Shown here: positions 1 to 9,967 of the stretch, in pieces
How the letters are laid out: each line of letters starts with the position of its first letter
Numbering within the stretch: the stretch's first letter is position 1
Assembly: GCA_041495285.1 (NCBI GenBank)
Contig: JBGQCJ010000005.1
Span: 15,374-79,373, forward strand
Direction: 5' to 3'
Length of the DNA: 64,000 bases
Origin: Verrucomicrobiia bacterium
GTDB lineage: Bacteria; Verrucomicrobiota; Verrucomicrobiia; Palsa-1439
The notes under the pieces: model-generated
What the model was told of the DNA's origin: nothing
Database searches by the model: none
The model's input: the letters and a program-made list of their open reading frames with translations, nothing else
Translations under genes and position numbers: made by a program

Positions 1-12
1 GGCGACGATCCG

Positions 13-1890
13 ATGAACACGGCCGCGCGGCAGATGGGCGCGTTCTGGCAACTTCAGCAAGTCGTCAACGACATGGCCGGACCACGACGCTACCGGAATC
101 AGCTTACGCCCGACGAAGGTCGGCTTCTCGGCCAATACAGTGCCGGCTACCAGAGCGCCGCGCAGCCATACGCCGAGATTCAGAAAACGCCTTCGCATCC
201 GGACAGACTGAAGTGGTATCAGATGCACACTCTTTACGAGAACGACCCTGAGTTTCTTGATGGACTGCTTCAACGATTCTGTTCAGCACAGTTTCGCACT
301 CAGTACTACCAAACGACCGGCAAGCAGCCGCCGCAAGCCGACGTGCAAACAGGTCCGCCGCCGGCCTATCTGCGCGAGATGCCGTCGGTTGAACGCGTGA
401 TGAGCGAGATTCAGGGCAGCGATCCGGCGGACACGGCCGTCAAGCAGATCGGCGCGTTCATGCAAATCATCAAACTCATGCCGATGGTTCGGGACGTAAC
501 CGGTCGCCTGACGCCCGCCGAAAAGAAACTCATTGCCGACTACAAGGCGGCTTATGCGCGTATCTGGGAATCTCGACCGGAATTGAAATCCAAATCCTCC
601 GTCGCCCCAACCGACCTCGGACTGGTTTGGAGTCCGCTGCGAGGTTACGACGTGGACAAACAATTTCGTGAAGAGTTGTTGCAGCGATTGTTTTCACCGG
701 CGTTGCGCGACCAATACGCCAAGGCCATGGCCGAAGAGGAGGCGCAAAAGCGGGCCAAGGACGCAGCGCGCGAGAAAGCTTGGAAGGAGCAAGACGCCAA
801 GAGAGAGGCGGCGTTGAAGGAACTCATCGAGCAAACACGTCCTCCCGAATGGAAACGACGGTTGGCTCGGTGCATTGCCTCCGGGAGGAGCGAAAGCGAG
901 TGTTTTGCGGAGGAATTAGGAAAAGGAGTCGGCGAGATACTTCCCATTGCCAAGAATAAGCCGAAGCCTGCCGGCCTTTCGATGAGCGGCGTGTACGCTG
1001 CTGAGAGCGGTTGCAGTGTGACGTTCGGACCGGGCGGCGCGTGGGTCGCGTGCAAAGCAGTGTCGGCGCAAGCCAATTACCGGATCGAGCGAGAGGGGAA
1101 TCAAGTTCACATCCGGCTGGTTCAACCATCAGCCGCGGATATGTTGGGATTCGGGTCTGAAGTCTTGGAAAAACTTATGCCCAAGACCGGCAATGCGAAT
1201 CCCAATGAGTGGCAAGGTCAACAAATCGTCTTCACCGTGCGCTCCGACGGGAAGTTGGCCGGTCCCGGCACGATCCAAGTGACGGGGTCGGTACCCGTGG
1301 GGACCCGGCAGGGAACGAGAACGATCACCGAAACCCAAGGTGGTTTCACAACGACGCGAACCGAGCCGACCACGGAAACAATTTATGAGGCGAGAACCGA
1401 GAGTTGCCAACTCGGAGTTCTGACCGCCACCGATAAGATGCCGTTGATCGGACCATCCATGAGCACAATCATGGCCACTGTTCTTGAGTTGGTGTCTGGC
1501 AACACCGACCCGGGCGCTGCCGTGAAAGTGCCGGCCCCGGGGTTGCGCATGAACGGTCAGTACGTAGGCGAGGCCGGCTTTGACATCGAGTTCCATGCCG
1601 ACTCCGCTGTGGTCGAATGCCGCGATGCCCTTGTCGCCCGCGAGTACAGCGTGGCGATCAAGGGCGATCAGATTCTGGTGACCATCCGGCACGAGCCAAA
1701 TCCCGTCGTCCTCGAACTCAAACCCGATGGCACTTTGGCCGGTTCGGGAACGATTCCGGTAAATGGGCGCGTATTCGTCGGGTCGAAGGAAAGAGTCGAG
1801 AATGCGCTGGTGATTCGCGACCCCGTTTTCCAACCCGTCACAGACACCTGCGCCTGCGGCGCCCTTAAACCCGCACAGCCAGCACCTTGA
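13..1890 (+). CDS. Large hypothetical protein with internal repeats. The reading frame is open to the window edge, so it may be 5'-partial.
   Basis: 625-aa ORF. N-terminal region has two similar segments (QMGAFWQLQQ... / KQIGAFMQIIK...), then a K/E/A-rich coiled-coil-like stretch. The beta-rich C-terminus repeats LAGPGTIQVTGSVPVG / LAGSGTIPVNGRVFVG. First gene of a tight co-directional cluster. Confidence 0.55.
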   Translation: MNTAARQMGAFWQLQQVVNDMAGPRRYRNQLTPDEGRLLGQYSAGYQSAAQPYAEIQKTPSHPDRLKWYQMHTLYENDPEFLDGLLQRFCSAQFRTQYYQTTGKQPPQADVQTGPPPAYLREMPSVERVMSEIQGSDPADTAVKQIGAFMQIIKLMPMVRDVTGRLTPAEKKLIADYKAAYARIWESRPELKSKSSVAPTDLGLVWSPLRGYDVDKQFREELLQRLFSPALRDQYAKAMAEEEAQKRAKDAAREKAWKEQDAKREAALKELIEQTRPPEWKRRLARCIASGRSESECFAEELGKGVGEILPIAKNKPKPAGLSMSGVYAAESGCSVTFGPGGAWVACKAVSAQANYRIEREGNQVHIRLVQPSAADMLGFGSEVLEKLMPKTGNANPNEWQGQQIVFTVRSDGKLAGPGTIQVTGSVPVGTRQGTRTITETQGGFTTTRTEPTTETIYEARTESCQLGVLTATDKMPLIGPSMSTIMATVLELVSGNTDPGAAVKVPAPGLRMNGQYVGEAGFDIEFHADSAVVECRDALVAREYSVAIKGDQILVTIRHEPNPVVLELKPDGTLAGSGTIPVNGRVFVGSKERVENALVIRDPVFQPVTDTCACGALKPAQPAP

Positions 1891-1902
1891 AGGGAAATCG
1901 AA

Positions 1903-2259
1903 ATGAAAACATTACAGATCCTTGTCTGCTCTGTCGTTGGTTTGACGCTGCTCGGCCTGACCGGCTGCGGCAAACAGCATGAGTCCGGGGCTGATCCCAA
2001 GCCGACCGTATCCGCGGCGGAGGGCAAATCGGGCATCGTCGGGGTTTACGCCGATGTGAAAAATCCTGAGCAAACCTTGCGATTGTTATCGGATGGAACG
2101 TGGATCATGGCCGGCATCGACACCGGTGGGAAGTACTCCATCGAGGGGAATACCATTGTGCTTTTATCGTCGGACATGTCCATGCAGGGAGAGATTAAGG
2201 GCGACACCATCGTCATCACCGATACAGACAAGACGGTCATCACCTACAAGAAGAAGTGA
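1903..2259 (+). CDS. Small lipoprotein
   Basis: MKTLQILVCSVVGLTLLGLTGCGKQ is a signal peptide with a lipobox Cys. It lies 13 nt after the upstream gene, and its stop overlaps the next ORF. Confidence 0.6.
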   Translation: MKTLQILVCSVVGLTLLGLTGCGKQHESGADPKPTVSAAEGKSGIVGVYADVKNPEQTLRLLSDGTWIMAGIDTGGKYSIEGNTIVLLSSDMSMQGEIKGDTIVITDTDKTVITYKKK

Positions 2260-2327
2260 ACTCAGAATCTGACAACGTCACTGCCCCAACCGGCCCGCGC
2301 GCTAACGCCCGCAAAAGGAGAAAGAGT

Positions 2328-4205
2328 ATGAGAACAACTGTATGGTCAATCGTAGGATGTGCCGCTTTGTGTGCGGCGTTGAACTGCAATGCGGAAGTGA
2401 AGGTCGAGGAGCAGGAGGTCGGGCCGGTGGGACAACCGCAGGACGTGAAATACGTCGTGAATCCGCACGGCGGGCACTTGGCGACAGTGGCTCACAAGGG
2501 CAGCCGGGTTGCCGTGATTTACGACGGCGTCGCGGGTCCGAAGTTCGATGAGATTGTCGCGCCGATTGTCAGCTATATCGATCCGCGTCCGTATCAGAAT
2601 GTAGACATCAACCTGATTCCTCGGAACCTCCCGGTGACGTTTAGCCGGGACGGCAAACGGTTCGCGTATGTCGCCCGCCAAGGTCAAGAATGGGTGGTGA
2701 TGGCGGACGCCAAGGAGATGTTGCGCATTCCAGCGGCAACGGGCCAAGACATTCGCCTCGAGTTCTCCGGCGACGACGGCAAGCATCTGTTCTTTGCCAA
2801 GTCCGGCTTCGCTGGCTACGAGCTGTGGGTGGACGGTCAGAAGATGCCCGGCTATTACGGCTCCGGCGGAGGAGGCACGGAGGGGACCATCGATCCCTTG
2901 ATCACTCGCGATGGGGCGCATTTCGCCTATGTTGCCTCCATGGGTACGCACCCGGGGGACAAGCGCACCGTGATCGTGGACGGCAAGGATGCCGGCTACC
3001 TCGGCGATAATCTGGCGTATACAGCCGATGGCACACACCTCTTTGCGATCGTTCGCCAGGGCGCGGTCGTGTGGTTGGCGGTGGACGGAAAGCCGAAGAT
3101 CAAGACGGACGGCATCACCCAAATCATCATGGCGCCGTCGGGCAATGGATTTGCGGCGGTGTTGCAGCGTCTTCAGCCGCCCGGCCAGTTTCTCATCGTC
3201 AATGGCAAGAAGGTCGAAGGCAGCGACTGCCAAAGCATCGACAAGGTAGTCATCAGTCCCGATGGCAAGCATTTTGCCACGGTTTGCACTGCATCGCCGC
3301 AAATCAAATTCGTGTTGGCCGACGGCAAGAAGGGACAGGAATACTTCTCCATCGATTCGTACTTGGAGTCGCTCTCAACCGGGCTGCAGTTCTCGGCTGA
3401 CTCGTCCAAGGTGGGCTATGTCGCCAACTCCAACGGCAAGAAGTTCATCGTGATCAACGACGACGAGTCGGATGCCTTCGAGAACGTCGCCGGCTTCATG
3501 TTCAGTCCCGACGGCAAGCACGTGGTGATGTCGGGAATGCAGAACACTCGCAGTCCGCAATCTCCCGGCGGCGTCACCCAAAGCTGGCCGGTTTTCATTG
3601 ACGGCAAGGCCGAACGGCTCTGGCGCGGGGGAAACCTCGATACTTTCACGTTCAGCCCCGATATGACGCGCCACGCGTACTTCGCCGGTGCGTCCACTTG
3701 GATGGGTAACGGCACCGGCCCGGTATTCCTCGACGGCAAAGAAACGGGGATTGACGGCAACTTCACCTTCAGCCCCGACTCCAAGCATATCGTCATCGCC
3801 GGCTACCGGGCCGCCGAAAACAAGCGAGGGCTGTTCCTGGACGGGAAACAAGTTTACTCGAACGAACGTAATGTTAACTACCGGGCGTTCACACCGGACG
3901 GGCAACATCTGTTCTGGATGGCGTTGGAGGAGGCGAAAAGCAAGGAACCCGGCGCGTTCGAGAGTGTGACCTACCTCGACGGTAAGCCTGTCGCGCGCTG
4001 CGACAGGATAGATTCTGGGGCAGTTGTGCAGATTTACAGCGCGAGTAGTAGCAGCGCGTTCATGAAAACGCCACCCGCGTGGAACGTAGGATCCGACGGC
4101 GTACTCACCATGCTCGCCCCGGTGGGCGATGTGATCAAACGCTACCGCGTCACGCCGTCGTCCGACACCAGCATCACGACTATGCTCGCCGGCACAGCGA
4201 AGTAA
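2328..4205 (+). CDS. Secreted PD40/WD40-like beta-propeller repeat protein
   Basis: Start at ATG 2328, preceded by an AAAAGGAG SD. N-terminal signal peptide. At least 8 repeats of FSPDGKH / FSRDGKRFAYVA type (TolB-like PD40 repeat consensus). Confidence 0.7.
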   Translation: MRTTVWSIVGCAALCAALNCNAEVKVEEQEVGPVGQPQDVKYVVNPHGGHLATVAHKGSRVAVIYDGVAGPKFDEIVAPIVSYIDPRPYQNVDINLIPRNLPVTFSRDGKRFAYVARQGQEWVVMADAKEMLRIPAATGQDIRLEFSGDDGKHLFFAKSGFAGYELWVDGQKMPGYYGSGGGGTEGTIDPLITRDGAHFAYVASMGTHPGDKRTVIVDGKDAGYLGDNLAYTADGTHLFAIVRQGAVVWLAVDGKPKIKTDGITQIIMAPSGNGFAAVLQRLQPPGQFLIVNGKKVEGSDCQSIDKVVISPDGKHFATVCTASPQIKFVLADGKKGQEYFSIDSYLESLSTGLQFSADSSKVGYVANSNGKKFIVINDDESDAFENVAGFMFSPDGKHVVMSGMQNTRSPQSPGGVTQSWPVFIDGKAERLWRGGNLDTFTFSPDMTRHAYFAGASTWMGNGTGPVFLDGKETGIDGNFTFSPDSKHIVIAGYRAAENKRGLFLDGKQVYSNERNVNYRAFTPDGQHLFWMALEEAKSKEPGAFESVTYLDGKPVARCDRIDSGAVVQIYSASSSSAFMKTPPAWNVGSDGVLTMLAPVGDVIKRYRVTPSSDTSITTMLAGTAK

Positions 4206-4223
4206 AAGCAAAGGAGAACACCT

Positions 4224-5321
4224 ATGAAAGCCACTCTGATATTTCTGTTTGCAGCAGTCGGTTTGCTGGCCGCGCACGATGCGTCCGCTGCCGGTGATTT
4301 GACCTGGCAGGAGTTGGCGCGCCGTCCCGAACTGTGGCCGGCACAAGTCACCGTGAAGGTGGCGATGAAATTCCAAGGCGGGGCAACCGTGCAACCCGGT
4401 CAGAAGGCGAATGTCGTCGAAGTCAAAGCCAACGAGATTGATTTGGTCACGACCGACGGGAAAGTGAACTTCGCCGCCGACCCTGACGAGACTGACGTGC
4501 TGGCCTTGGCTGGCGAAGCATACGCAAAACTCACCCCGAAACAGCGCGAATTGACCTACGCTTCGATCGTTCAACAAAAGGACCTGTGGCCTTACCGGGT
4601 CACCATCACCCGGAGTTTCAGTTTAGCTCCCGGGAAAGACGTGCCGGTTGGCGATCAGGTATTGGTGAAAGACATCCAGCCCGGCAAGGTGGATGTCGTG
4701 TCGGAAAAGCTTAACGCTCGCTTCGCAGTCGCGATGCCGGCCACCGACCTGATGGCGCAAGCCCGGCGGTTTGTTGAAGATGCCCAAGCTGGGCCGCGGC
4801 TACTGGCCATGCAAAAACTGGCCGAGGAGAAAGTGGCCGCAGAGCAAAAAGCTTTGGGAGACAAAATCAAAGCGGGGGGCCGCGTCGTGGCGGAGTTGGA
4901 GGGCAAACTTATCAATTCGCAGACCGGCCAACCCGAACCGCTCGACACCAAGTCCCTGCCCCGGTACCTCGTGTTCTTACGGGGCCAGAGCTCGTGCCCG
5001 ATCACGCGACGATTCGCCCCGACATTTATCAAGTACTGCGCGGAGATGAAGCCGAAGCACCCCGAGTTCGAGGTGATCTACCTGACGATCGAAGATATGC
5101 CCGAGACGGAGAAGTTTGCGAAGGAACTGGGCTTTAGCTGGCGGACTGTGACTTACGAAAACACCACCATGCCCAGCGTCAACCCCTCCATTGATGGGCG
5201 CATCCCGCAGCTCATCGTCATGGATCGCAACGGACGGATCCTGGCCAATGGCGTGCAGAACGACGCACCGACCGCTCTCAAACAGCTCGATGTGCTGCTG
5301 AAACAACCGGCCATGCCGTAG
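4224..5321 (+). CDS. Secreted protein with C-terminal thioredoxin-like (redoxin-like) domain
   Basis: Signal peptide MKATLIFLFAAVGLLAAHDASA; AAAGGAG SD. C-terminal ~130 aa resemble a Trx/redoxin fold around LVFLRGQSSCPITRRFAPTF (SxxC/SCP in place of CxxC). Confidence 0.5.
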   Translation: MKATLIFLFAAVGLLAAHDASAAGDLTWQELARRPELWPAQVTVKVAMKFQGGATVQPGQKANVVEVKANEIDLVTTDGKVNFAADPDETDVLALAGEAYAKLTPKQRELTYASIVQQKDLWPYRVTITRSFSLAPGKDVPVGDQVLVKDIQPGKVDVVSEKLNARFAVAMPATDLMAQARRFVEDAQAGPRLLAMQKLAEEKVAAEQKALGDKIKAGGRVVAELEGKLINSQTGQPEPLDTKSLPRYLVFLRGQSSCPITRRFAPTFIKYCAEMKPKHPEFEVIYLTIEDMPETEKFAKELGFSWRTVTYENTTMPSVNPSIDGRIPQLIVMDRNGRILANGVQNDAPTALKQLDVLLKQPAMP

Positions 5322-5334
5322 AAGGAGAAACCGT

Positions 5335-7251
5335 ATGAGTACCGTCAATACGCTGTTGGTGGGGGTCGCCGTGCTGGTCGCTGCGGCGAATTGCCAGGCC
5401 GAAATCAAAATCGAGGAGAAGATTGTCGGCCCCGCTTTTACACCGGGCGTGGTGTACACACTCAGTCCGAGAGGCATGCACGTCGCAACCGTGCACGGGC
5501 GCGATGGGAAAACCCTCGTCACCGTGGATGGCGCGGAAGGCCCGTTGATGGACAGCATCTTCCCCGGCGCGGCTTTCGGCATCGTGACGAAGATTTCCGA
5601 AGACGGTTACTACACGCGCACGGAACAGAAGTGGACTGGGCCGGTCGCGTTCAGTCCGAACGGCGAGCGCCACGCCTATGCCGGACAGATGGGCAAGGAT
5701 GTGGTCGTCATCCTCGACGGCAAGGAGGTCTTTCGCGGGATGAACGCCGTGGAGAGCCTGCACTTCTCGCCGGACAGCAAGCATCTGTTTTTCCTCAATC
5801 GGACGACGGATTCCACCCAGTCCTACCGGCTGATGATGGATGGCCAGCCGGTGACGCCGGCGTTTGAACCGGCGACGTTGCCGGTGTTCAGCGCGGACGG
5901 TTCCCGGTGGGCGTTGTCCGCCGGCAAGCCGAAGATGTGGACGGTGAAACAGCTTGTAGTGGATGGGAAGGATCCCGGCTACGTCGGCGAACAACCGCAG
6001 TTCACGCGGGACGGAAAGCACGTGGTCTGTATTGCCGGCCAGATGCCCAAGTTCACGTTGTTGGTGGACGGCAAGGAAATGGTCAGCGGTCAAGGCATTG
6101 ACAAGTTCGTCATCAGTCCCACCGGCGACATCGGTGCGATTGTGATCCCCGGCAGTGATGGGCGCAGGAAGTTGTTTCTCAACGGCAAGCCGGCAGTGGA
6201 TGATGCCGGTGATGTGGTGTTCAGCCCCGACGGCAAACGCATGGCGGTGCTCGGCGGGCTGAACCAGAAGGCGTGGGTCATTCTCGATGGACAGAAACAC
6301 AAGGAGTATTGGCCCATCCAGAATGTCGCGTTCACGCCCGACTCGTCGAAGTGCATCTATGTCGCCGGCATTGGCGAGAAGAGTTACGTGGTCGTCAACG
6401 GCAAGGAAAACGACGAAGGCAACGTCCTGCTGCATTACCGGCCGATCTACTCCGCGACCGGCAACAGCATCATCTACGAGTCGGGTTTTATGATGAAGCG
6501 ACTCAGCGTCTACTACAACGACCACATCGAGCCGCAAAGCCTGGCGAACTTCAACCTCACGCTCAGCCCGGACGGAGAGCATTACAAGTATTACCGTTCG
6601 GACCCGGACAATCTCGTTCGATTGATCGAGGACGGCGCAACGAACGCGCCATCGTCCATGCAGATGGGCGGCGCGATTCTCTACAGCCCGGACTCGAAAC
6701 ATTTCGTCGCACCTCTGTTCCAGTCCTTTTGGTGCGACGGGCAAAAGATTGTCATTTTCACCACGCCCATCGGTTTCATGCCCGACAGTCAGCATCTGAT
6801 TCTGAAAGGCCGGGATTCCACTCCCGACGGCGTGATGCTCAACACTTACTACGTCAACGGTGATCTCGTCGCAAAATTCTCCGCGCGCGGCTCGACATGG
6901 GCCGGCTACGGCATTCCGAAAGCGTGGGAACAGCAACCCGATGGAACGATCGTCTTCGTCGGCCCGACCACCGGCGTACAGTATGGTCTCGGCCCGATCA
7001 AACGCATCACCGTCACGCCCGACCCCACTCGCAACTACGTCGCGTGGCTCGCCGACCTCAAAACCGGCGAAGCCAAAGCTGCCGCCGACGCGGAAACCGC
7101 CAAGAAGAAAGCCACCGAAGATGCTGCAGCCGCCGTCGCCGCCAAACAGAAGGCCCGGCAAGATGCGCTCAACGCACAAAAGCTGAAAGGCTTGAACGCT
7201 CAACGCGCCAAGAAGGGGCTACCGCCTCTTACGGAATTGCCGGACAAATGA
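5335..7251 (+). CDS. Secreted PD40/WD40-like beta-propeller repeat protein, paralogue of 2328-4205, with a Lys/Ala-rich C-terminal tail
   Basis: GAAGGAG SD. Signal peptide plus AEIKIEEK motif parallel to AEVKVEEQ in the paralogue. Repeats FSPNGERHAYAG, FSPDSKHLFFL, FSPDGKRMAVLG, YSPDSKHFVA. Low-complexity K/A tail. Confidence 0.7.
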   Translation: MSTVNTLLVGVAVLVAAANCQAEIKIEEKIVGPAFTPGVVYTLSPRGMHVATVHGRDGKTLVTVDGAEGPLMDSIFPGAAFGIVTKISEDGYYTRTEQKWTGPVAFSPNGERHAYAGQMGKDVVVILDGKEVFRGMNAVESLHFSPDSKHLFFLNRTTDSTQSYRLMMDGQPVTPAFEPATLPVFSADGSRWALSAGKPKMWTVKQLVVDGKDPGYVGEQPQFTRDGKHVVCIAGQMPKFTLLVDGKEMVSGQGIDKFVISPTGDIGAIVIPGSDGRRKLFLNGKPAVDDAGDVVFSPDGKRMAVLGGLNQKAWVILDGQKHKEYWPIQNVAFTPDSSKCIYVAGIGEKSYVVVNGKENDEGNVLLHYRPIYSATGNSIIYESGFMMKRLSVYYNDHIEPQSLANFNLTLSPDGEHYKYYRSDPDNLVRLIEDGATNAPSSMQMGGAILYSPDSKHFVAPLFQSFWCDGQKIVIFTTPIGFMPDSQHLILKGRDSTPDGVMLNTYYVNGDLVAKFSARGSTWAGYGIPKAWEQQPDGTIVFVGPTTGVQYGLGPIKRITVTPDPTRNYVAWLADLKTGEAKAAADAETAKKKATEDAAAAVAAKQKARQDALNAQKLKGLNAQRAKKGLPPLTELPDK

Positions 7252-7283
7252 AATGGAACAGTAAACCCTAAAAGGAGATCATC

Positions 7284-7670
7284 ATGAAAGCGTCACAAAT
7301 CGTTGCCTGCACTATCGGATTGATGGTGCTTGGACTGGCCGCCTGTGGTGGCAGCAAGCAAGAACAGGCTCAGCACAAGATGGTCAGTGCGACAGACGAA
7401 ATGGCCAATGTCTTGGCGAGCATCAAGAGCAACGCGGACCTGGCCGGCGCCAAACCCCGGCTGCAGAAGGCCGTTGCCAAGATGAACGAAGCGATGCAGG
7501 AAGCGATGGCGATGTCCGACCAGCAAAAGGCACCGGACGCCAAGATCGAAGCCGCGATCAACAGGGCCGATCAGCGCGTCCAACAGGAAATCGCGCGTCT
7601 GGAAAGTGCCGGCATCGCCATCGGCCCGCTGTTCAGCTCGATCGGCGCGCCTGTGGGCATGTTCCGATAA
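7284..7670 (+). CDS. Small lipoprotein
   Basis: MKASQIVACTIGLMVLGLAACGG lipobox; AAAAGGAG SD. Last gene of the cluster. Confidence 0.55.
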   Translation: MKASQIVACTIGLMVLGLAACGGSKQEQAQHKMVSATDEMANVLASIKSNADLAGAKPRLQKAVAKMNEAMQEAMAMSDQQKAPDAKIEAAINRADQRVQQEIARLESAGIAIGPLFSSIGAPVGMFR

Positions 7671-7878
7671 CCGGCAGCATCAGCGGATTGTAGGGCAGGC
7701 ACGCCCCACGGGCTGCCCGCCACACGATCTGCCAACGACTTCTGTTCGGCGCCGGTCTCCTGACCGCGCCGCTCCGCGTGACCGCAAGGTCTCCTCGTCC
7801 GGTATGAAGCGGGAAACCTTCGGTCGAATCCCGTGCGGGGTCGAGAGACCCTCGCACAACTGCGGGAGTTGAGCGCGG

Positions 7879-8163
7879 TCAGACGGCTTCGCCGAAGTTG
7901 ATCGTGTTGCCATCCAAATCCGCAATCATGAACTCTTTCATGCCGTATTCCTCCATCCGCAACGGATGAAGGATTTCAACTCCCTTCTGCTGATAATCCG
8001 CATACAACGACTCGACCCCGGTAAGCTTCACATAGCACCCATGCTTGCCCGGCGCGCCGCCGAGACGTTGCGTCTGTAAACTAATCTCGACGGCATCCCG
8101 TCTCATGATGGCAAAGCAAATCGGCTCTGCGAGATGTTTGCCGCACTTAATGGTTGATTCCAT
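7879..8163 (-). CDS. VOC (glyoxalase / bleomycin-resistance) family protein, short and possibly N-terminally truncated
   Basis: 94 aa. The C-terminal half matches the VOC beta-alpha-beta-beta-beta module (...GCYVKLTGVESLYADYQQKGVEIL...EYGMKEFMIADLDGNTINFGE). An in-frame stop lies immediately upstream of the start. Confidence 0.45.
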   Translation of the reverse strand: MESTIKCGKHLAEPICFAIMRRDAVEISLQTQRLGGAPGKHGCYVKLTGVESLYADYQQKGVEILHPLRMEEYGMKEFMIADLDGNTINFGEAV

Positions 8164-8317
8164 ATCCCTCCCAGTTTCGCCAGCGTTGCGGCAAGTCTAG
8201 GGCGGAGTGAATCGCCCGTCAACTCGTCCGAGATGGAACTCTATATGGTCTTCAGCACCGCACGAAGAATTTTACACTCTTAACCGCGGTCAGGATCGAA
8301 TATAAAGTCCGTCGCGG

Positions 8318-8878
8318 ATGCCCACAAAAGTAAAGAAGGAACGCGATTATCGTCCGCACGCTGAAGTACTGTTCAGCGCGCGAATGCTCATTAAAATGGG
8401 TGAGGTGCACCGTGAGAATTGTAGTCATCTGTGGCTGGCGTCGTTGGTCCTAACAGCATTCGCTTTCGAAGGTTATCTTAATTATCTCGGTAGAAGACTG
8501 TTCAGAACGTGGGAGGATTTTGAACGCAAATTGAATTGGGATATGAAGGCTTCTCTAATTGCTGACCGAATCGACCTCACGCTGGACAGAGGTAAGCCAC
8601 CGCTCCAAACCATTTGTGAGTTATTCCACTTTCGGAACAATGTCGCACATCTGAAACCTCCGCTGAAGCCCCTCGTGGAAGAATACGAAACTGATAACCT
8701 TGATCTCTCGACTTTTTACAGACCGATCGAATCCAAAGTCGAAAAATTCTGCACGGAAGCAAATGCAAAGCTCTGCATTGAGGATGTCCAAAAAATGATG
8801 TCGATTTTTTATGAGCATGCCAAAATTGGCGGAGAGCCAACTATTCTAGGTAGTCAATCTGGCACCGCGAGCGGATAG
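8318..8878 (+). CDS. Hypothetical protein with a HEPN-like Rx4H motif, in a low-GC islet
   Basis: 186-aa ORF, visibly lower GC than its flanks. Motif FRNNVAH (R-x4-H), as in HEPN/HepT/Abi-type RNase domains. No other recognisable domain. Confidence 0.4.
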   Translation: MPTKVKKERDYRPHAEVLFSARMLIKMGEVHRENCSHLWLASLVLTAFAFEGYLNYLGRRLFRTWEDFERKLNWDMKASLIADRIDLTLDRGKPPLQTICELFHFRNNVAHLKPPLKPLVEEYETDNLDLSTFYRPIESKVEKFCTEANAKLCIEDVQKMMSIFYEHAKIGGEPTILGSQSGTASG

Positions 8879-9067
8879 CCCAAACCTCCTCGACAAATTC
8901 ACGATGACAGACAAGTGGAACCGGCAACATGGCCGGTAAGACTATGCTGCGTTGCACGCGGTGGTTAAACCTTCGGTTCTCATTCCCGACTCTCAAACTT
9001 GCCGGCACGTTCTCAGGAGGATGGTCGTCGTGTGAATCAGGATGACGATCCTGCGGCGTTGGCCCGG

Positions 9068-9283
9068 TCACTTCTTCGGTTCGCTGGGCGTGGCGCCGGG
9101 AGGAATCCACTTGATCGCCACGGTGCGTTCTTTCTCGGATTCAACGACGGGAGCGGCCGGCTTTTCGAGTTTGGGAACTTTCGCGTCGGCACCGCACTTG
9201 GGACATTGCACGATCATGCCGGCACCCGCTTCGTCAATGACCATGTGATGCTCGCACTTCGGGCAGCTAAAACGAATATCCAT
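9068..9283 (-). CDS. Small zinc-ribbon protein
   Basis: 71 aa with CPKC...(x17)...CPKC, then a Pro/Lys-rich tail. Confidence 0.5.
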   Translation of the reverse strand: MDIRFSCPKCEHHMVIDEAGAGMIVQCPKCGADAKVPKLEKPAAPVVESEKERTVAIKWIPPGATPSEPKK

Positions 9284-9364
9284 AATGCGTGCTTCTCCTG
9301 ACGACGAGCTGTGATTGAATGTTACGCCCGCGCCGGTATCGGCGGCAAGAAATTTCTCAGCGGG

Positions 9365-9766
9365 CTATTTGAGAACGTGCGTGGCGTCGATGCTACAGGT
9401 GGTGTTGGTGAAGTCGGTGCCCGCGTAGAGCAGCAGGATGTCGTCGTAATCTTTGGTTGCCGATGCGGGGCATTCGAACGCGCCCCGGTGGTTCACGTAA
9501 CCGGCATTCAGCAGCGTGTCGCGAATGGCGACGCCGTCGTTCTTGATGGAACTCAGCGTGGTGTTGCTATCCATCTCATAACGTTGGACCGCCTGATAAA
9601 CGAGGCGTTGATTGGCGATGCACTTCTGTGCGATGGAGGTTTTTCTGGCTTTCGCGAAGGACGGGAGGGCGAGGACGGCCAGCAGGGCGATGACGGCCAC
9701 GACAATCATGATCTCCACGAGCGTGAAGCCGCGCCGGCCGTCATCGGGCTTAAGAATGAAGTTCAT
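9365..9766 (-). CDS. Prepilin-type N-terminal cleavage/methylation domain protein (type II secretion / type IV pilin-like)
   Basis: MNFILKPDDGRRGFTLVEIMIVVAVIALLAVLALP is the classical G-F-T-L-V-E prepilin motif plus a hydrophobic helix. The ORF track begins at TTG 9775; ATG 9766 is the more likely start. Confidence 0.7.
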   Translation of the reverse strand: MNFILKPDDGRRGFTLVEIMIVVAVIALLAVLALPSFAKARKTSIAQKCIANQRLVYQAVQRYEMDSNTTLSSIKNDGVAIRDTLLNAGYVNHRGAFECPASATKDYDDILLLYAGTDFTNTTCSIDATHVLK

Positions 9767-9967
9767 GCTCTCCAACTCTTACCAGCCAATAAGCACCGCT
9801 CGTGCCGTGACGTTTGAGTCGAACCTTGAATGACAACTCTTTGCCGAGAGGCGAGTTGCGACCTGCCACGTTTCAGCTCAGGAAGCGCGCAAAATCGAAA
9901 TTGACTTGACCGGGGCGAGCGAAGATGATGTTTTGAACGTTACCCAGCGGAGGACGCGGATTTAACC

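Noticed and set aside
5278-7203. 641-aa minus-strand ORF
   Set aside because: Exactly antisense to the second PD40 gene, with a low-complexity Gly/Arg-rich translation. Shadow ORF.
7815-7850. GGTCGAATCCCG tRNA-T-loop-like string in the convergent intergenic region after the lipoprotein gene
   Set aside because: No flanking complementary T-stem or acceptor stem could be formed. Likely a chance match.
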